Position numbers and translations under genes: made by a program | Notes under the pieces: generated by a model | Seen by the model: only the letters and a program-made list of their open reading frames with translations | Told to the model about the DNA's origin: nothing | Database searches by the model: none | From: Christensenella sp. | GTDB lineage: Bacteria > Bacillota > Clostridia > Christensenellales > CAG-917 | NCBI GenBank assembly: GCA_022009775.1 | Contig: CP091723.1 | Span: forward strand, 223,382 to 287,381 | Reading direction: 5' to 3' | Length of the DNA: 64,000 nucleotides | Shown: positions 35,235 through 47,327 of the stretch, in pieces | How positions within the stretch are numbered: position 1 is the first letter of the stretch | Layout of the letters: every line of letters begins with the position of its first letter

Positions 35235-37344
35235 CTTTGGAGATGACTTCTTTAAGGCGAAGATCCACCCTATGCTTCTCGTCGATCTTGATGACTTTCA
35301 CGAGAACGATGTCTCCGACGTTGACGACGTCGGTGACCTTCTCAACTCTCTGATCGGAGAGCTTGGAGATGTGGATCATTCCGTCTTTGCCGGGAGCAAA
35401 GTTGACGGATGCGCCGAATTGTCCTTTGTCGTTTTCCATGATTTTGGTGACTTTGCCTTCATACACGTCGCCAACTTCAACGTCGCGAACGATGTTTTCG
35501 ATGATGGTACGCGCTTTCTTGATGGCTACGTCGTCGCTGGATGCCACGAAGATAGTGCCTTCGTCGTTGATGTCGATCTTGACGCCGGTGTCTTCGATGA
35601 TCTTGTTGATGGTTTTTCCGCCCGTGCCGATGACGTCACGAATCTTATCGGGATCGATGGAGAAGGACACGATCTTGGGGGCGAACTTGCTGAGTTCTGC
35701 ACGCGGTGCGGGAAGCGTTGCAAGCATCTTGCCGAGAATTTCGAGTCTGCCGAGTCTTGCTTGTTCCAGAGCGCGAGTGAGAATCTCTTCGTCGATGCCC
35801 TTGATCTTGATATCCATTTGAATTGCCGTGATACCTTCCGTCGTACCTGCGACTTTGAAGTCCATATCGCCAAGGAAGTCTTCAAGTCCCTGAATGTCGG
35901 TGAGCACTGCGACTTTGTGGCTCTCTTCGTTCTTGATAAGCCCCATAGCGATACCTGCGACGGGTGCTTTGATGGGAACGCCTGCATCCATGAGAGCGAG
36001 CGTGCTGCCGCAAACGGACGCTTGTGACGTTGAACCGTTGGAACTCAAAATATCGGATACCGTGCGGATTGCATACGGGAATTCTTCTTCACTGGGAAGA
36101 ACGGGTTCGAGCGCGCGTTCTGCGAGTGCGCCGTGACCGATTTCACGTCTGCCCGGACTCTTGAGTGCTTTCGCTTCACCCGTGGAGTAACCAGGCATAT
36201 TGTATTGATGCATGTATCTCTTGTAGAAATCGTCGTCGAGACCTTCGAGTTTTTGAGCTTCGCTTATCGTGCCGAGAGTGCAAGTGGTGAGAGCCTGAGT
36301 TTGTCCGCGAGTGAACACTGCACTGCCGTGGACTCTGGGGAGCATGCCGACTTCGCACCAGATAGGACGAATCTCGGTGAGAGTTCTGCCGTCGGGACGT
36401 ACGCCGTTGTCGAGAATCTTTGCACGAACTTTTTCTTTCTTGAGATAGTAAAGGCTGTCGAGAATGAATTTGATTTTCTTGGGTTCGTCGTTGAAATCGT
36501 CTGCGAAGTGAGCAAGAACGTCTTCGTTGAGTGCTTCTTCTCTGTCTTCTCTTTCATAGCGGTCGAACGCTTCGAGAACGTAGTCCATCTTTTCGTTTGC
36601 GTATGCACGAACTTTCTCGTTGATTTCGTCGGGGATATGTTCGAGATCCATATCGAGTTTGGGCTTGCCGACTTCTTTTTGGATTTCTTCGATGAACGCG
36701 ACGATTTTCTTGATTTCTTCATGACCGAACATGATTGCGCCGAGCATTTCTTTTTCGGTGATGACGTCTGCGCCTGCTTCAACCATCATGATTGCGTCTT
36801 TCGTGCCGCTGAGATTGAGAGTAAGGCGGGATTTTGCGCGTTGTGCGCTGTCGGGGTTGATGACGTATTCACCGTCAACCAAGCCGACCACGACCGAGCC
36901 CGTAGGACCTGCCCAAGGAATGTCGCTTATAGAGAGTGCGACGGAAGAGCCGATCATGCCGAAAACTTCGGGCGGAATGTTGGTGTCAACAGACAAAACC
37001 GTTGCGATGACGGTGACGTCGTTGTAAAGTCCCTTCGGGAAAAGCGGGCGAATAGGACGGTCGATAAGACGTGAAGTCAAAATCGCCTTGTCGCTTGCTC
37101 TGCCTTCTCTTTTCTTGAATCCGCCGGGGATTTTGCCGATTGCGTACATTTTCTCTTCGTAGTCAACGCTCAAAGGGAAAAAGTCCATACCGTCACGGGG
37201 TGCTTTGCTCATCGTGGCGTTGACCATAACGACCGTGTCACCGCAACGAACGATACAAGAACCGTTGGATTGTCCGCAGTATGCGCCTGTTTCGACGGTC
37301 ATTTCTCTGCCGCCTACCGTTGTCTTAAAAATTCTTTTTTCCAT
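35230..37344 (-). CDS. pnp: Polyribonucleotide nucleotidyltransferase (PNPase)
   Basis: 704 aa. Two RNase PH domains, KH and S1 (..GDVYEGKVTKIMENDKGQFGASV..). Confidence 0.97.
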   Translation of the reverse strand: MEKRIFKTTVGGREMTVETGAYCGQSNGSCIVRCGDTVVMVNATMSKAPRDGMDFFPLSVDYEEKMYAIGKIPGGFKKREGRASDKAILTSRLIDRPIRPLFPKGLYNDVTVIATVLSVDTNIPPEVFGMIGSSVALSISDIPWAGPTGSVVVGLVDGEYVINPDSAQRAKSRLTLNLSGTKDAIMMVEAGADVITEKEMLGAIMFGHEEIKKIVAFIEEIQKEVGKPKLDMDLEHIPDEINEKVRAYANEKMDYVLEAFDRYEREDREEALNEDVLAHFADDFNDEPKKIKFILDSLYYLKKEKVRAKILDNGVRPDGRTLTEIRPIWCEVGMLPRVHGSAVFTRGQTQALTTCTLGTISEAQKLEGLDDDFYKRYMHQYNMPGYSTGEAKALKSPGRREIGHGALAERALEPVLPSEEEFPYAIRTVSDILSSNGSTSQASVCGSTLALMDAGVPIKAPVAGIAMGLIKNEESHKVAVLTDIQGLEDFLGDMDFKVAGTTEGITAIQMDIKIKGIDEEILTRALEQARLGRLEILGKMLATLPAPRAELSKFAPKIVSFSIDPDKIRDVIGTGGKTINKIIEDTGVKIDINDEGTIFVASSDDVAIKKARTIIENIVRDVEVGDVYEGKVTKIMENDKGQFGASVNFAPGKDGMIHISKLSDQRVEKVTDVVNVGDIVLVKVIKIDEKHRVDLRLKEVISKA

Positions 37345-37439
37345 AAAATACTCCTTCTGGGAATTCCGTCATTCCCTTTATCGTCGCTTTGCGACGTTTT
37401 TATTTTTTACTTGTTTCGTAGCGGAAAAACGTTTTCCGC

Positions 37440-37471
37440 AAAAAAATCGGGTGCGGAAAAACCACACCCGA
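37440..37471 (-). terminator. rpsO intrinsic terminator
   Basis: Minus strand: UCGGGUGUGG-uuuuu-CCGCACCCGA followed by U7. Confidence 0.8.
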
Positions 37472-37476
37472 AAATT

Positions 37477-37740
37477 TTACTTTCTCAAACCGAGAGAGTT
37501 GACGATCGCACGATATCTTTCGATGTCCATTTCCTTAAGATAGTTGAGAAGACTTCTTCTGTGACCGACCATCATCAACAAACCGCGACGGCTGTGGTGA
37601 TCTTTCGGGTGATTCTTAAGGTGTTCGGTGAGTTCGGAAATACGAGCGGTCAAAAGCGCGATTTGCACTTCGGGAGAACCGGTGTCGCCTTCCTTGCGAG
37701 CGTACTTTGCGATGATTTCTTGTTTTACTGCTTTATCCAT
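37477..37740 (-). CDS. rpsO: 30S ribosomal protein S15
   Basis: 87 aa. ..[38 protein letters not shown].. Confidence 0.95.
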   Translation of the reverse strand: MDKAVKQEIIAKYARKEGDTGSPEVQIALLTARISELTEHLKNHPKDHHSRRGLLMMVGHRRSLLNYLKEMDIERYRAIVNSLGLRK

Positions 37741-37890
37741 TGTTTTGCCTCCTTCGTTGGATAATTTATTCGCTTTCAACCAAGTGGAGACTCGGAGTTT
37801 TGTCTAAACCTAGTCGAAAGTACTTCTGTTATATTAACATATAAAACCATGAAAGTAAACAAAATTCGCAACATTGCGGAAATGATTTTT

Positions 37891-39303
37891 TTATTTCCAA
37901 AATTGCGCCTGCCTTTCAAGCATTTCGTCGATGTGTTTGACGTATTCGAGCGGCTCTTTGTAGTTTGCGCAACGAGTGATGAGATTGCGTCTTTTGTCCC
38001 ACTTCTTCGATATTGCATTTGCGCCGTTTGCGATGATGGACGTGTCTTCTTCCATGATGTCGATATTGTAAATGCACGCCTTACCGGGCTTTGCGTATCC
38101 GACGTTTTCAAGATTGCCGCTTGTATACTTTTGACGGTACATATAATACGGCTCGTATCCCGATTCCGTCAGTTTAGAATACGCATAATCCACCATTTTC
38201 GACGCCGTGTCGTAGTCGGTGTTGTCGTATCCGCACTGTTTGAGCGCAGAACCCTTTTTCATATAAAGCGTATGCACGGTTATATTTGCGGGGGGCGAGT
38301 GCGACGGCAATATCTACGGAGCGTTTGAAGTCTTCAAAAGTTTCTCCGGGAAGACACGCAATCAAGTCCATATTCACGTCGAAATCGTCTTTGACAAGCA
38401 TATACGCGTTGTACGTATCCGCGCATTTATGGCGTCTGCCGATAATCTCCAAAGTCTTGTCGTTGAAGGTCTGCGGATTGACGGAAATTCTCGTCACGCC
38501 GTGCTTTTTCAAAACATCGGTAACGTCTTTGTTTATAGTGTCGGGACGTCCTGCTTCAACGGTGAATTCCTTTCCGCCGAAGTGGCAATGCGCAAGCACT
38601 TCGTCAAGAAGTTCCGCTCCGACAGACGTCGGAGTGCCCCCCACCGACGTATACCGCCCTGACCTTGATTTTCTTGCTTCTAATCAACTCTTTTGTCTGT
38701 TCGAGTTCTCTTATAAGGCAATCGACGTACGGGCGCACGAGTTTCTTTTTGTTTGTCTATGGGAAGGCTTACGAACGAACAATACGCGCATCTCGTCGGG
38801 CAAAAAGGTATGAACACGAAAACGTCGTATTCCTTGCTCGTTTTGTTGCGCAAAGGACGTTGAACGTCAACTATTCTTTCAACCAGTTCCACTTTGTTTT
38901 CGCTCACGCTATAATCTTTTTCAAACACTTCGCGAGCGGTTTTCCCGTATTTTTTTTCGTCGTTTTGAATTTCGAGATAAAGTTTGGTCGGACGGATACC
39001 CGTAAGGCAACCATAGGGCAAATTTACGCCCGTGAGAAAACTCAACGTGCGATAAATGGCAATTTTGAGATAACGTTTTTCTATTCTTTTTCTTTCGAGT
39101 TCGTCTTTTGCGACGACGTTGAAAGCATAATTTTTGACAAATCCGCAGAGCGCGTCCGACGATATGCGGACTTTCATGCCTCCTTTCTCGTCCGAATACT
39201 CGACGTCAATTGACAAATCGTCGCTCGTCCTTGTTTCAAAAGGACGGACGAGTTCCATAAGATCGTTGAGATATTCGTCGTTTGATATGGTCAGATTTAT
39301 CAT
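37891..39303 (-). CDS. HemN/HemZ-like oxygen-independent coproporphyrinogen-III oxidase family radical-SAM protein (two frameshifts, in a G6 run ~38290 and a C6 run ~38640)
   Basis: FIPFCPTRCAYCSF radical-SAM cluster motif. The three ORF fragments are collinear. Confidence 0.7.
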
Positions 39304-39305
39304 TT

Positions 39306-39989
39306 TCAGTCAACCGCGCGCGGAGTTTCTTCTGCCGTAAGTATGGGATTGTTTCTTCTTTCGAATTCGAGCGTCGTGGGCTCGCCGTGTCCCGACAAAA
39401 GCGTATAGTTGCCTTTGAGTCTGAACAGTTTGTTGATAATGGAGTTTTTAAGTTCCTGAAAATCGCCGTCGTAGAAATCGTATCTGCCGTATGACATGAA
39501 AAACAGAGTGTCGCCTACGAATATTTTGTCTTTTACGATATAGCAAACTCCGCCTTTCGAGTGACCCGGGGTGTGCAACACTTTGACTTCCAAACCTGCG
39601 ATATCCAAAGTTTCTCCGCCCTGCAAAAGCACGTCAGGCGTGAATTTTTCGACTTTTACGCCCATAGAAAAGCCCATATTCTTATACGAGCCGATTTTGT
39701 CAAGGTCTAACCTGTGCATAAACACCGTCGGCGCAAGCGACGCGTCTTTATTGCCGTTTTCGTCAAGGCTTGCAAGTCTCACGAGATTTGCGACTCCGCC
39801 TATATGGTCGAAATGCGCATGCGTGAGCAAAATCGCTTCTATTCTTGCTTTCGCGCCCTTGAAAATGTCGATTATAGCCTGCTCTTCACCGCCCGGATCA
39901 ACGACGAAACCTTTGTCGCCGTTGATGACGATATACGCGTTTTCGTCGAGTTTTCCCGTGTATAAGTGAAAATATCTTACGTCGCTCAT
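39306..39989 (-). CDS. MBL-fold metallo-hydrolase
   Basis: LLTHAHFDHIGG motif. 227 aa. Confidence 0.8.
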   Translation of the reverse strand: MSDVRYFHLYTGKLDENAYIVINGDKGFVVDPGGEEQAIIDIFKGAKARIEAILLTHAHFDHIGGVANLVRLASLDENGNKDASLAPTVFMHRLDLDKIGSYKNMGFSMGVKVEKFTPDVLLQGGETLDIAGLEVKVLHTPGHSKGGVCYIVKDKIFVGDTLFFMSYGRYDFYDGDFQELKNSIINKLFRLKGNYTLLSGHGEPTTLEFERRNNPILTAEETPRAVD

Positions 39990-39990
39990 T

Positions 39991-42135
39991 TTATCTCTTT
40001 ACGTCAAGCACTCCCGGGACTGTTTTGATTTTCTTGACCAAATCTTCCAGTTCGCTTGCCTTTTTTATCTGCACGGTGACGGAAATTTCCGCAAGACCGA
40101 GTTTTTCGTCGACTCTGGCGTTTACGCCGACGATACCGAGATGCGCGTTTGCAATCTGAGCCGTAACGGACGCGAGAAGACCGCTTCGGTTGTCGGAGAC
40201 GATGATGAGCGTTGCGTTGAAACTTTCGTCTCCGTCGCTGTCCCAACTCGCCTGAATGAGTCTTTCTTCTTCCATTCCTTTGACGTTCGGGCAATCTTTG
40301 CGGTGGACGGAAACGCCTCTGCCGCGAGAAATGTATCCCACGATTTCGTCACCGGGAACGGGTGAACAACACTGCGCCATACGCACTGTAAAGTTTGCGT
40401 TGCCGTTGATGAGAACGCCGCTCTTTGAGTGTTTATGCGGCTTTTGCTCGACGGTTGACACCATATCGGGCGTGATTTCTTTCTTTGTGTTGTCTTCTTT
40501 TTTGAAGCCTTCGATTATTTTGGTCAAAACCTGCGCCGTCGTAAGTCCGCCGTAGCCGACTGCAGCATACAAGTCTTCTTCGCTGCTCATTGCATGGCGT
40601 TGAAGTATGCTTTCGAGAATATCGGGCGTGAAGATTTCTCCGAGTGCGTATCCGCGGCGTTTTGCTTCCTTTTCAAGCATATCCTTGCCGCGTTCGATGT
40701 TCTCTTCCTTCTTTTCTTTCTTGAAATAGGCTCTGATTTTCGAGCGTGCGGAAGCGGTATGGACATATTTGAGCCAGTCAAGGCTCGGACCTTTCGACGA
40801 ATTTGAAGTTATGATTTCAACTATGTCGCCGTTTGAAAGTTTCGTGGACAACGGCACCATACGCTTGTTTATCTTTGCGCCGATGCACTTGTTGCCGATT
40901 GCGGAGTGAATCTTATACGCCAAATCGAGCGGCGTAGAGCCGACGGGCAAGTCGAAAACGTCTCCTTTTGGCGTGAACACGAACACTTCGTCGTCGAAAA
41001 CGTTGATTTTGACGGCGTCCATAAACTCTTTTGCGCCGTCTATATCCTTTTGAGCGTCCATGACTTCGCGAAGCCAGCGGACTTTGCTGTCAAGTTCGCT
41101 ATCCTTACCCGTCGTGCCTTCCTTATATTTCCAGTGCGCCGCGATACCGTATTCAGCGATACGGTGCATTTCGTAGGTGCGAATCTGAATCTCGAAGGTT
41201 TCGTTGTACGGAGTGACGACAGTCGTGTGCAAAGACTGATAATTGTTGGCTTTGGGCATTGCGATATAGTCTTTGAATCTGCCCGGCATAGGCTTCCACA
41301 TCGTGTGGATTTCACCAAGCATCGTGTAGCAGTCCTTGACGGAATCGACAATGATTCTCACCGCAAGCAAATCGTAAATTTGGTCGATGTCGATATGCAG
41401 ATTGTGCATTTTCTTGAAAATCGAATAGAAATGCTTGGGTCTGCCGTTGACTTCGCCGTGTATGCCCATTTCTTTGAGTTTTTCTTCTATTTGCTTGCAA
41501 ATTACGTTCAAAAAGCCTTGTCTTTCGCTCTTTTTGCGGTCGACTGACTCCTTGATATACTTGTATTCGCTCGGATAAAGATACTTCATCGCAAGGTCTT
41601 CGAGTTCGCACTTGAAAAACGAAATACCGAGTCTGCCTGCAAGCGGGGCGTATATATCCAAAGTTTCCCTTGCTATGCGCTGTTGTTTTTCGGGCGGAAG
41701 ATATTGCAAAGAACGCATATTGTGCAATCTGTCCGCAAGTTTTATGATGATAACGCGCAAATCCTTTGCCATTGCAAAGAAAATCTTGCGGAAGTTTTCC
41801 GCCTGCGCTTCTTCTCTGTTGACGAATTGCAGTTTGTCGAGTTTGGTGACGCCGTCGACGAGTTCGCATATCTCGTCGCCGAATTCTTCGCGAAGTTGCT
41901 CGTAAGTCACCGACGTATCTTCAAGAACGTCATGCAAAAACGCGGCTATGACCGTTGAACTGTCAAAGCCGAAGTCCGCAAGGATTTCAACGACGGCGCA
42001 AGGATGTATGAAGTAGTCTTCACCCGAACTTCTCTTCTGTCCGCGGTGCGCTTCTTCGGCAAAGTCGTGCGCCTTCTTGATTTCCGCATAATTCGCAGGA
42101 TAAATCTTGCGAAGTTTTACAAGCAAATCGTCCAT
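39991..42135 (-). CDS. relA: Bifunctional (p)ppGpp synthetase/hydrolase RelA/SpoT (Rel)
   Basis: HD domain (HPCAVV..LHDVLEDT), synthetase, TGS and ACT domains. 714 aa. Confidence 0.95.
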   Translation of the reverse strand: MDDLLVKLRKIYPANYAEIKKAHDFAEEAHRGQKRSSGEDYFIHPCAVVEILADFGFDSSTVIAAFLHDVLEDTSVTYEQLREEFGDEICELVDGVTKLDKLQFVNREEAQAENFRKIFFAMAKDLRVIIIKLADRLHNMRSLQYLPPEKQQRIARETLDIYAPLAGRLGISFFKCELEDLAMKYLYPSEYKYIKESVDRKKSERQGFLNVICKQIEEKLKEMGIHGEVNGRPKHFYSIFKKMHNLHIDIDQIYDLLAVRIIVDSVKDCYTMLGEIHTMWKPMPGRFKDYIAMPKANNYQSLHTTVVTPYNETFEIQIRTYEMHRIAEYGIAAHWKYKEGTTGKDSELDSKVRWLREVMDAQKDIDGAKEFMDAVKINVFDDEVFVFTPKGDVFDLPVGSTPLDLAYKIHSAIGNKCIGAKINKRMVPLSTKLSNGDIVEIITSNSSKGPSLDWLKYVHTASARSKIRAYFKKEKKEENIERGKDMLEKEAKRRGYALGEIFTPDILESILQRHAMSSEEDLYAAVGYGGLTTAQVLTKIIEGFKKEDNTKKEITPDMVSTVEQKPHKHSKSGVLINGNANFTVRMAQCCSPVPGDEIVGYISRGRGVSVHRKDCPNVKGMEEERLIQASWDSDGDESFNATLIIVSDNRSGLLASVTAQIANAHLGIVGVNARVDEKLGLAEISVTVQIKKASELEDLVKKIKTVPGVLDVKR

Positions 42136-42253
42136 ATTTCCCTTCCGTGTATACGCGTATATACGGTTTTTGTTTATATATTACATATAATTATACTTTA
42201 TAAATCGCAACATTGCAATACCGCTCGGACGCAAAGGAGCGATTTTTTCTTTC

Positions 42254-44545
42254 TTATTCGTGTTGTACGTTTCGATATACAACGCTATCGGCAAGTTTAA
42301 CGCTCTTCTTCGATATGCTGACAAATCCCTTGTCGCTTATCGTAACAAGTCCGACTTGTTCGAATATCATAAGTGCGAGATTGAAAACCGTTTCGCTCAC
42401 CTTATATCTCTGACAAAGTGCGACGTACATCTTGTGCGGACTGCCCATCTTCGTCGTGCGGGAAGCAAGATTGACTATCTCCTTGTAAACGTGACGAAGC
42501 GTATCGTCGCTCACCGAAATACGTTGAGCTGTGCACTCACCAAGCGCGTAACACTCGTTTGAAACTTCGTCAAGATAAGCAAGATAACCGTCCGTGAGCG
42601 GATGTCCCGACACGATGACTCTCGAAAAGAACGAGAAATCGAAACACTCGGCAGGACATACGACAACGCAGTTTTCGGGATTGAGACAACGCGGTGTCGC
42701 AATCAACACGGGCAACTTCTTTATCTCGTCGCAAGCGTCGCAAAGTCTTTCGTAATCGGACTGCGAAAAACACGCTATAACCGTCCCGAACGGATGTTTA
42801 AGCCACTCTTTTACACTGTTTAAGTCCGTTTTTTGCAAATTCGCTTCACCTTCTTTGAGAAGATGATGCATGTTCATGAGATTGCTCTCTTCCTTTGTCA
42901 CGCACACGTTTTCAAACTGCAAAGTCTGTATGATGCCCTGTGCGGTTTCTCTGTTTTGAAACACGTTGACGCCGAGAGAAACTTCAAGGTCCACCCTTCC
43001 CGTCTTTGCCGTAAGACACGGGGCAAACTTTGAAAAGCCCATAAGGTCGATGTTCTGCCCCACGTATTTGACGTGTTGTGAAAAGCCTATACGTTCAAAA
43101 CGCAGTCCGTCCGCTTTGAGAAGGAAAGTCGGCTTCGGATTCTGGTATCCGGTCGGTTCGAGTAGTTCGAGTTCCTTGGCAAATCGCAGGAAATCGGTGT
43201 CCATAGGAAGTTCCATTTCGCAAACAATCTCGTGCGTAAAATCGTCGTAGGTATGCTCTGCCATGAGCGTTTCGTTCGCGCTCTTGACAAACTCGTCGAA
43301 TTGGTCGACCTGCATGCTTACGCCTGCCGCCTGTGCGTGTCCGCCGAAGCCCGTGAAATATCTTGACAGGCTAGAAAACAATTCAAATATGTTGACGGAC
43401 GGAACCGAACGTGCCGAACCGCGCAATTCGTCGCCGTTTTTTGCAAACAAAACGGTGGGGCGTTTGAATTCTTCAACGAGACGGGCGCATGCGATACCGA
43501 GTATACCTGGCTCCCAACTGTCGCTGTAAAGCGCGATTATGCCCATATTTTCAAAATCCGCGCCTTTTAGCATCGCTTTTGCTTCGACAACCGCTTTCTC
43601 GCACAAATCCTGTCGTTGCGAATTGTCTCTTGCAAGTTCTTCCGTGAGCGTGCGAAGAAGAAAATAATCGTTTTCAAGGAATAGCCCGACGACTTTCATT
43701 GCCGAGTTGAGCCTGCCTGCCGCATTCATTCTCGGTGCGAGACGGAACATAACGTCTTGTGCGGAGACTTTCTCCTGGTCGAGCAACATTTTCACGCCCT
43801 TTCTTGCGGAAGTCGTGATTTGTTTCAAGCCGTAATACGCAATGATTCTGTTGTCTTCTTTGAGCGGCACTACGTCGGCAATCGTAGCAATGGCAACGAC
43901 GTCTAAATACTTGCACGCTTCTTCTCTGCCGGCAAGTGCTTCCACGAGTTTTAGCGCAACGCCCGCGCCGCAAAGGTCGTAAAAACCTTTTCTTGCGACT
44001 TTGGGGTCGACGACTATACAATCGGGGATTTTCTCTTGCGGCTCGTGGTGGTCGGTGACTATGGTGTCTATGCCGCGGCTTTTGAGATATTCTATCTCGT
44101 CTACGGCGGTTATACCGGTATCGACCGTGATAACGAGACTCGGCGAGCGTTTGGACAATATCTTTTCGAGCGCTTCTATGCTTATTCCGTATCCGTCTTT
44201 GTTGCGGTCGGGTATGAAATAGAAAACATCGAGTTTGTCCCGTAAATACAACATAAGCGTTGAAATCGCGCAAATGCCGTCGCAGTCGTAGTCTCCGTAT
44301 ATCAACACTTTTTCCTTGCGTGAAATCGCAAGTTTTATACGCTCCGCCGCTTCTTTCATTCCGTCGTACACTAACGGCGAAGACATCTTGTCGAGCGACG
44401 GATGTAAAAAAGTCGTAAAGTTCGTCTTCTTTCATTCCGCGCCCGAGAAGCAAACGCAAAAAGTCTCGGGATATGCCGAGATTTTTGCACAATGCGTTCT
44501 GTTCGCTCGTGAGCGGAAGTCTGTCTGTTTTACGACGTACTTCAT
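42254..44545 (-). CDS. recJ: Single-stranded-DNA-specific exonuclease RecJ (solid ORF 42254-44386; the N-terminal ~50 aa need one or two homopolymer frameshift corrections)
   Basis: DHH motifs IYGDYDCDGI, VDTG, VTDHH and DHHA1. An upstream fragment reads ..LGISRDFLRLLLGRGMKEDE.. Confidence 0.85.
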
Positions 44546-44567
44546 TACCTTTTATAAAACGACGCCC

Positions 44568-45809
44568 TCACACGTTTTGGTGAGGGCGCAAACGTTGTTT
44601 TTGTTTTTCGTTTATTTCTTCTTTTTTGAATGTCGTATTCTTCTTTGAATACTTATAAACGGTGTTGTTTGCTTTCTTCTTTTGTTGTTGCTGACCTGCC
44701 GTCTTCACTTGCGTGGGTCTTGCTTCGTCTTCGGTTGCAACCGTGCCGACGATTTCTTCTTCGTCGTCTTTCTTGTCGTAAGTGACTGCGTGGCGTTTTG
44801 CGTATTTCTCTTTGGTCTTGTCAAAGGAGATACTCATAGTTGCCCAAAGCGGAGTTGCGAGGAAGAGTGCCGAGTAGAGACCTGCGAGCAAACCGAGAAT
44901 GATCGGGACGCAGAACTCGCGGATGGTGTCGCTTCCTAAAATTGCAAGGAAGATGATGGTGACCATCGTCGTGCCGGTCGAATAAACCGTACGAGTGACG
45001 GACGCGCGAACCGCTTGATCGCCTATGCCCTTATAGTCGATGTTCTTTTGACCTTTGAGCGGTTTTATCATTTCACGGCAACGGTCGAAGATGATGATCG
45101 TGTTGTTGATCGAGTACGCGACGATCGTGATCATTGCGGCAACGTAAGAACTGTTGATTTGAACTCTGCAGATAACCGTGAGAGCAAACATGATGACGAC
45201 GTCGTGAATGAGCGCGATGATTGCCGCGCATGCACTCGTGAACGTAAATCTAATCATGATGTACACGAGAATGAGAGCGAGAGAAACCGCAAGTGCGATG
45301 CCTGCCTTGGAGAGCAAGTCGCTTGCCGCCGTTGCACCGATGGATTCAAACGAAATGTTGTTTGCGAGCGCGATTTCGGGATACGCTTCGTCAACGGCTT
45401 TTCTTATCGCTTCGTTCATTGCGTTGATGCTTGCATCGTCGCCGTGAACGTTTTTGTATCTGAAGATGATTGCTGTTTTGTTTGCGTCGTTTGCTTCTTG
45501 CAACTGCGAGTAACTGACAACGACTTTTTGACCTTTGTATTCGACGTTTTCGATGACTTGCGTGATTTTCGCACGGTTCGTATCGTAGTTGTCTATTGCG
45601 TCTTGTCCGAGAGTAACCGTCAAAATCGTGCCGCCTTCGAAGTCGATACCGATGCCGACTGCGTCGGAATAACTTCCCGATTGTGCGCCGAGTGCGACGA
45701 TTAGCACGATTGCCACGATAAGAATGATTGTCGGCAAAATCGCGACGAATTTTGCATTCTTACAAACGCTGAAGTTGTTGCAAAGATTGCGGAATTTAGT
45801 TTGTTTCAT
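44568..45809 (-). CDS. secF: Protein translocase subunit SecF (with K/Q-rich C-terminal tail)
   Basis: SecD/SecF family TM pattern. Follows secD. Confidence 0.85.
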   Translation of the reverse strand: MKQTKFRNLCNNFSVCKNAKFVAILPTIILIVAIVLIVALGAQSGSYSDAVGIGIDFEGGTILTVTLGQDAIDNYDTNRAKITQVIENVEYKGQKVVVSYSQLQEANDANKTAIIFRYKNVHGDDASINAMNEAIRKAVDEAYPEIALANNISFESIGATAASDLLSKAGIALAVSLALILVYIMIRFTFTSACAAIIALIHDVVIMFALTVICRVQINSSYVAAMITIVAYSINNTIIIFDRCREMIKPLKGQKNIDYKGIGDQAVRASVTRTVYSTGTTMVTIIFLAILGSDTIREFCVPIILGLLAGLYSALFLATPLWATMSISFDKTKEKYAKRHAVTYDKKDDEEEIVGTVATEDEARPTQVKTAGQQQQKKKANNTVYKYSKKNTTFKKEEINEKQKQRLRPHQNV

Positions 45810-45811
45810 GA

Positions 45812-47170
45812 TTACGCCTCCTTTGCAAGTTGCGCGTCAACGCCCTTGACTTCTTCTTTGTTTTCTTCAGACTCGCGTTTGAGACCGTAGAATTTCTCGT
45901 TGGTGCTATTGAGCGGCATGAACACTTTCAAGATAAGTCTCGTGATGACAAGAGACGTAAACATAGAAAGCACGATACCGATGAAGAGCGTCACTGCAAA
46001 TCCGACGATGGACGCAGAACCGAGAACCCAAAGCACGATTGCGCCGATGAGCGTCGTGACGTTGCCGTCGATGATTGCGCCGGTCGAACGCTTGAAGCCC
46101 GTCTTGATTGCCGTCGGAATGGGCTTGGAAGAATGTTTGTATTCGTCCTTCACTCTCTCGAAGATGACGACGTTTGCGTCGACTGCCATACCGATTGAGA
46201 GCAAAATACCCGCGATGCCCGGCAAGGTGAGTTGCACCCACGGAAGCACTGCGCAGAACCAAATGAGAAGCACGATGTAAACGCAAAGTGCAAGGTCTGC
46301 CGCGATGCCGAGTCCGCGATACACGACTGCCATAAACACGAATATGAGCGCGATGCCGATGACGCCTGCGATAAGCGCGATGCGAATGGAGTTTTCACCG
46401 AGCGTTGCCGAGATGCTTCTCACTTCGGAGATCTGAAGCGTCACGCCAAACGTGCCCGATTGCAACTTGGTCGCGTATTCATACGCTTGTGAGTAAGTGT
46501 AACTTCCCGTGATAACTGCAGAACCGTTGGTTATTGCCGAATTGATTTTCGGAGCCATAATCTTGGTACCGCCCACGTAGATGTAAGTGCTCTTGCCGAC
46601 GTTTGCGGAAGTAATTTCAGAGAATTTGGTTGCGCCTGCGGAGTTGAATTTCAATCCGATTGCGTAATTGCCGCTGTCGTCGGTGGTGACGTATGCCGTT
46701 TCAAGATGTTCGCGTCCGTTAAGGAATGCTTTTTCTTCAAGTTTCGATGTGGTGGCTTCGTTGCCGAGATCTTCGAGTGTGAAGTAGAGCGATGCCGGAC
46801 GACCGACGAGTTCGAGAACGCGTTCGGGTTCGTCAACGTCGGGGATTTCGACACGGATTGTGGTGAGACCGTCGCTGGTCGTGCCTTTCGTCACGGTCGC
46901 TTCGGTGTATCCCTTTGACACGAGCAAACTCTGCAAAGAACTGATCGTTCCGCTGATACGATTGTCGAGATTGTCGTATTCGTCGGGAACGACTTTGAAC
47001 ACGGCGGATACGCCGCCTGACATATCCAAACCTAGTTTGATTGTCTTAGCATAGCCGGTATAATCATAGACGGTACCCGCGATCGGGAAAGACACGACCG
47101 CAAACACTGCCATAAGGATTATGAAGATACTCACTATGCACAAGACGACTATTGACTTCTTTTTGTTCAC
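45812..47170 (-). CDS. secD: Protein translocase subunit SecD
   Basis: 452 aa. ..LGLDMSGGVS.. periplasmic-domain motif plus 6 TMs. Confidence 0.9.
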   Translation of the reverse strand: MNKKKSIVVLCIVSIFIILMAVFAVVSFPIAGTVYDYTGYAKTIKLGLDMSGGVSAVFKVVPDEYDNLDNRISGTISSLQSLLVSKGYTEATVTKGTTSDGLTTIRVEIPDVDEPERVLELVGRPASLYFTLEDLGNEATTSKLEEKAFLNGREHLETAYVTTDDSGNYAIGLKFNSAGATKFSEITSANVGKSTYIYVGGTKIMAPKINSAITNGSAVITGSYTYSQAYEYATKLQSGTFGVTLQISEVRSISATLGENSIRIALIAGVIGIALIFVFMAVVYRGLGIAADLALCVYIVLLIWFCAVLPWVQLTLPGIAGILLSIGMAVDANVVIFERVKDEYKHSSKPIPTAIKTGFKRSTGAIIDGNVTTLIGAIVLWVLGSASIVGFAVTLFIGIVLSMFTSLVITRLILKVFMPLNSTNEKFYGLKRESEENKEEVKGVDAQLAKEA

Positions 47171-47327
47171 AGGATTATTCCTCCATATAGTAAAACATAA
47201 ATATTATAACTACAATGATTATATTAGTCAAGAAAATAGAGAGTTATAAAATCAAATTTAACCCTAAATATCACGATTTTTTTTGCGTATCGGGCATATA
47301 CGACGTTTCAAAGTCATAATTTGTGGT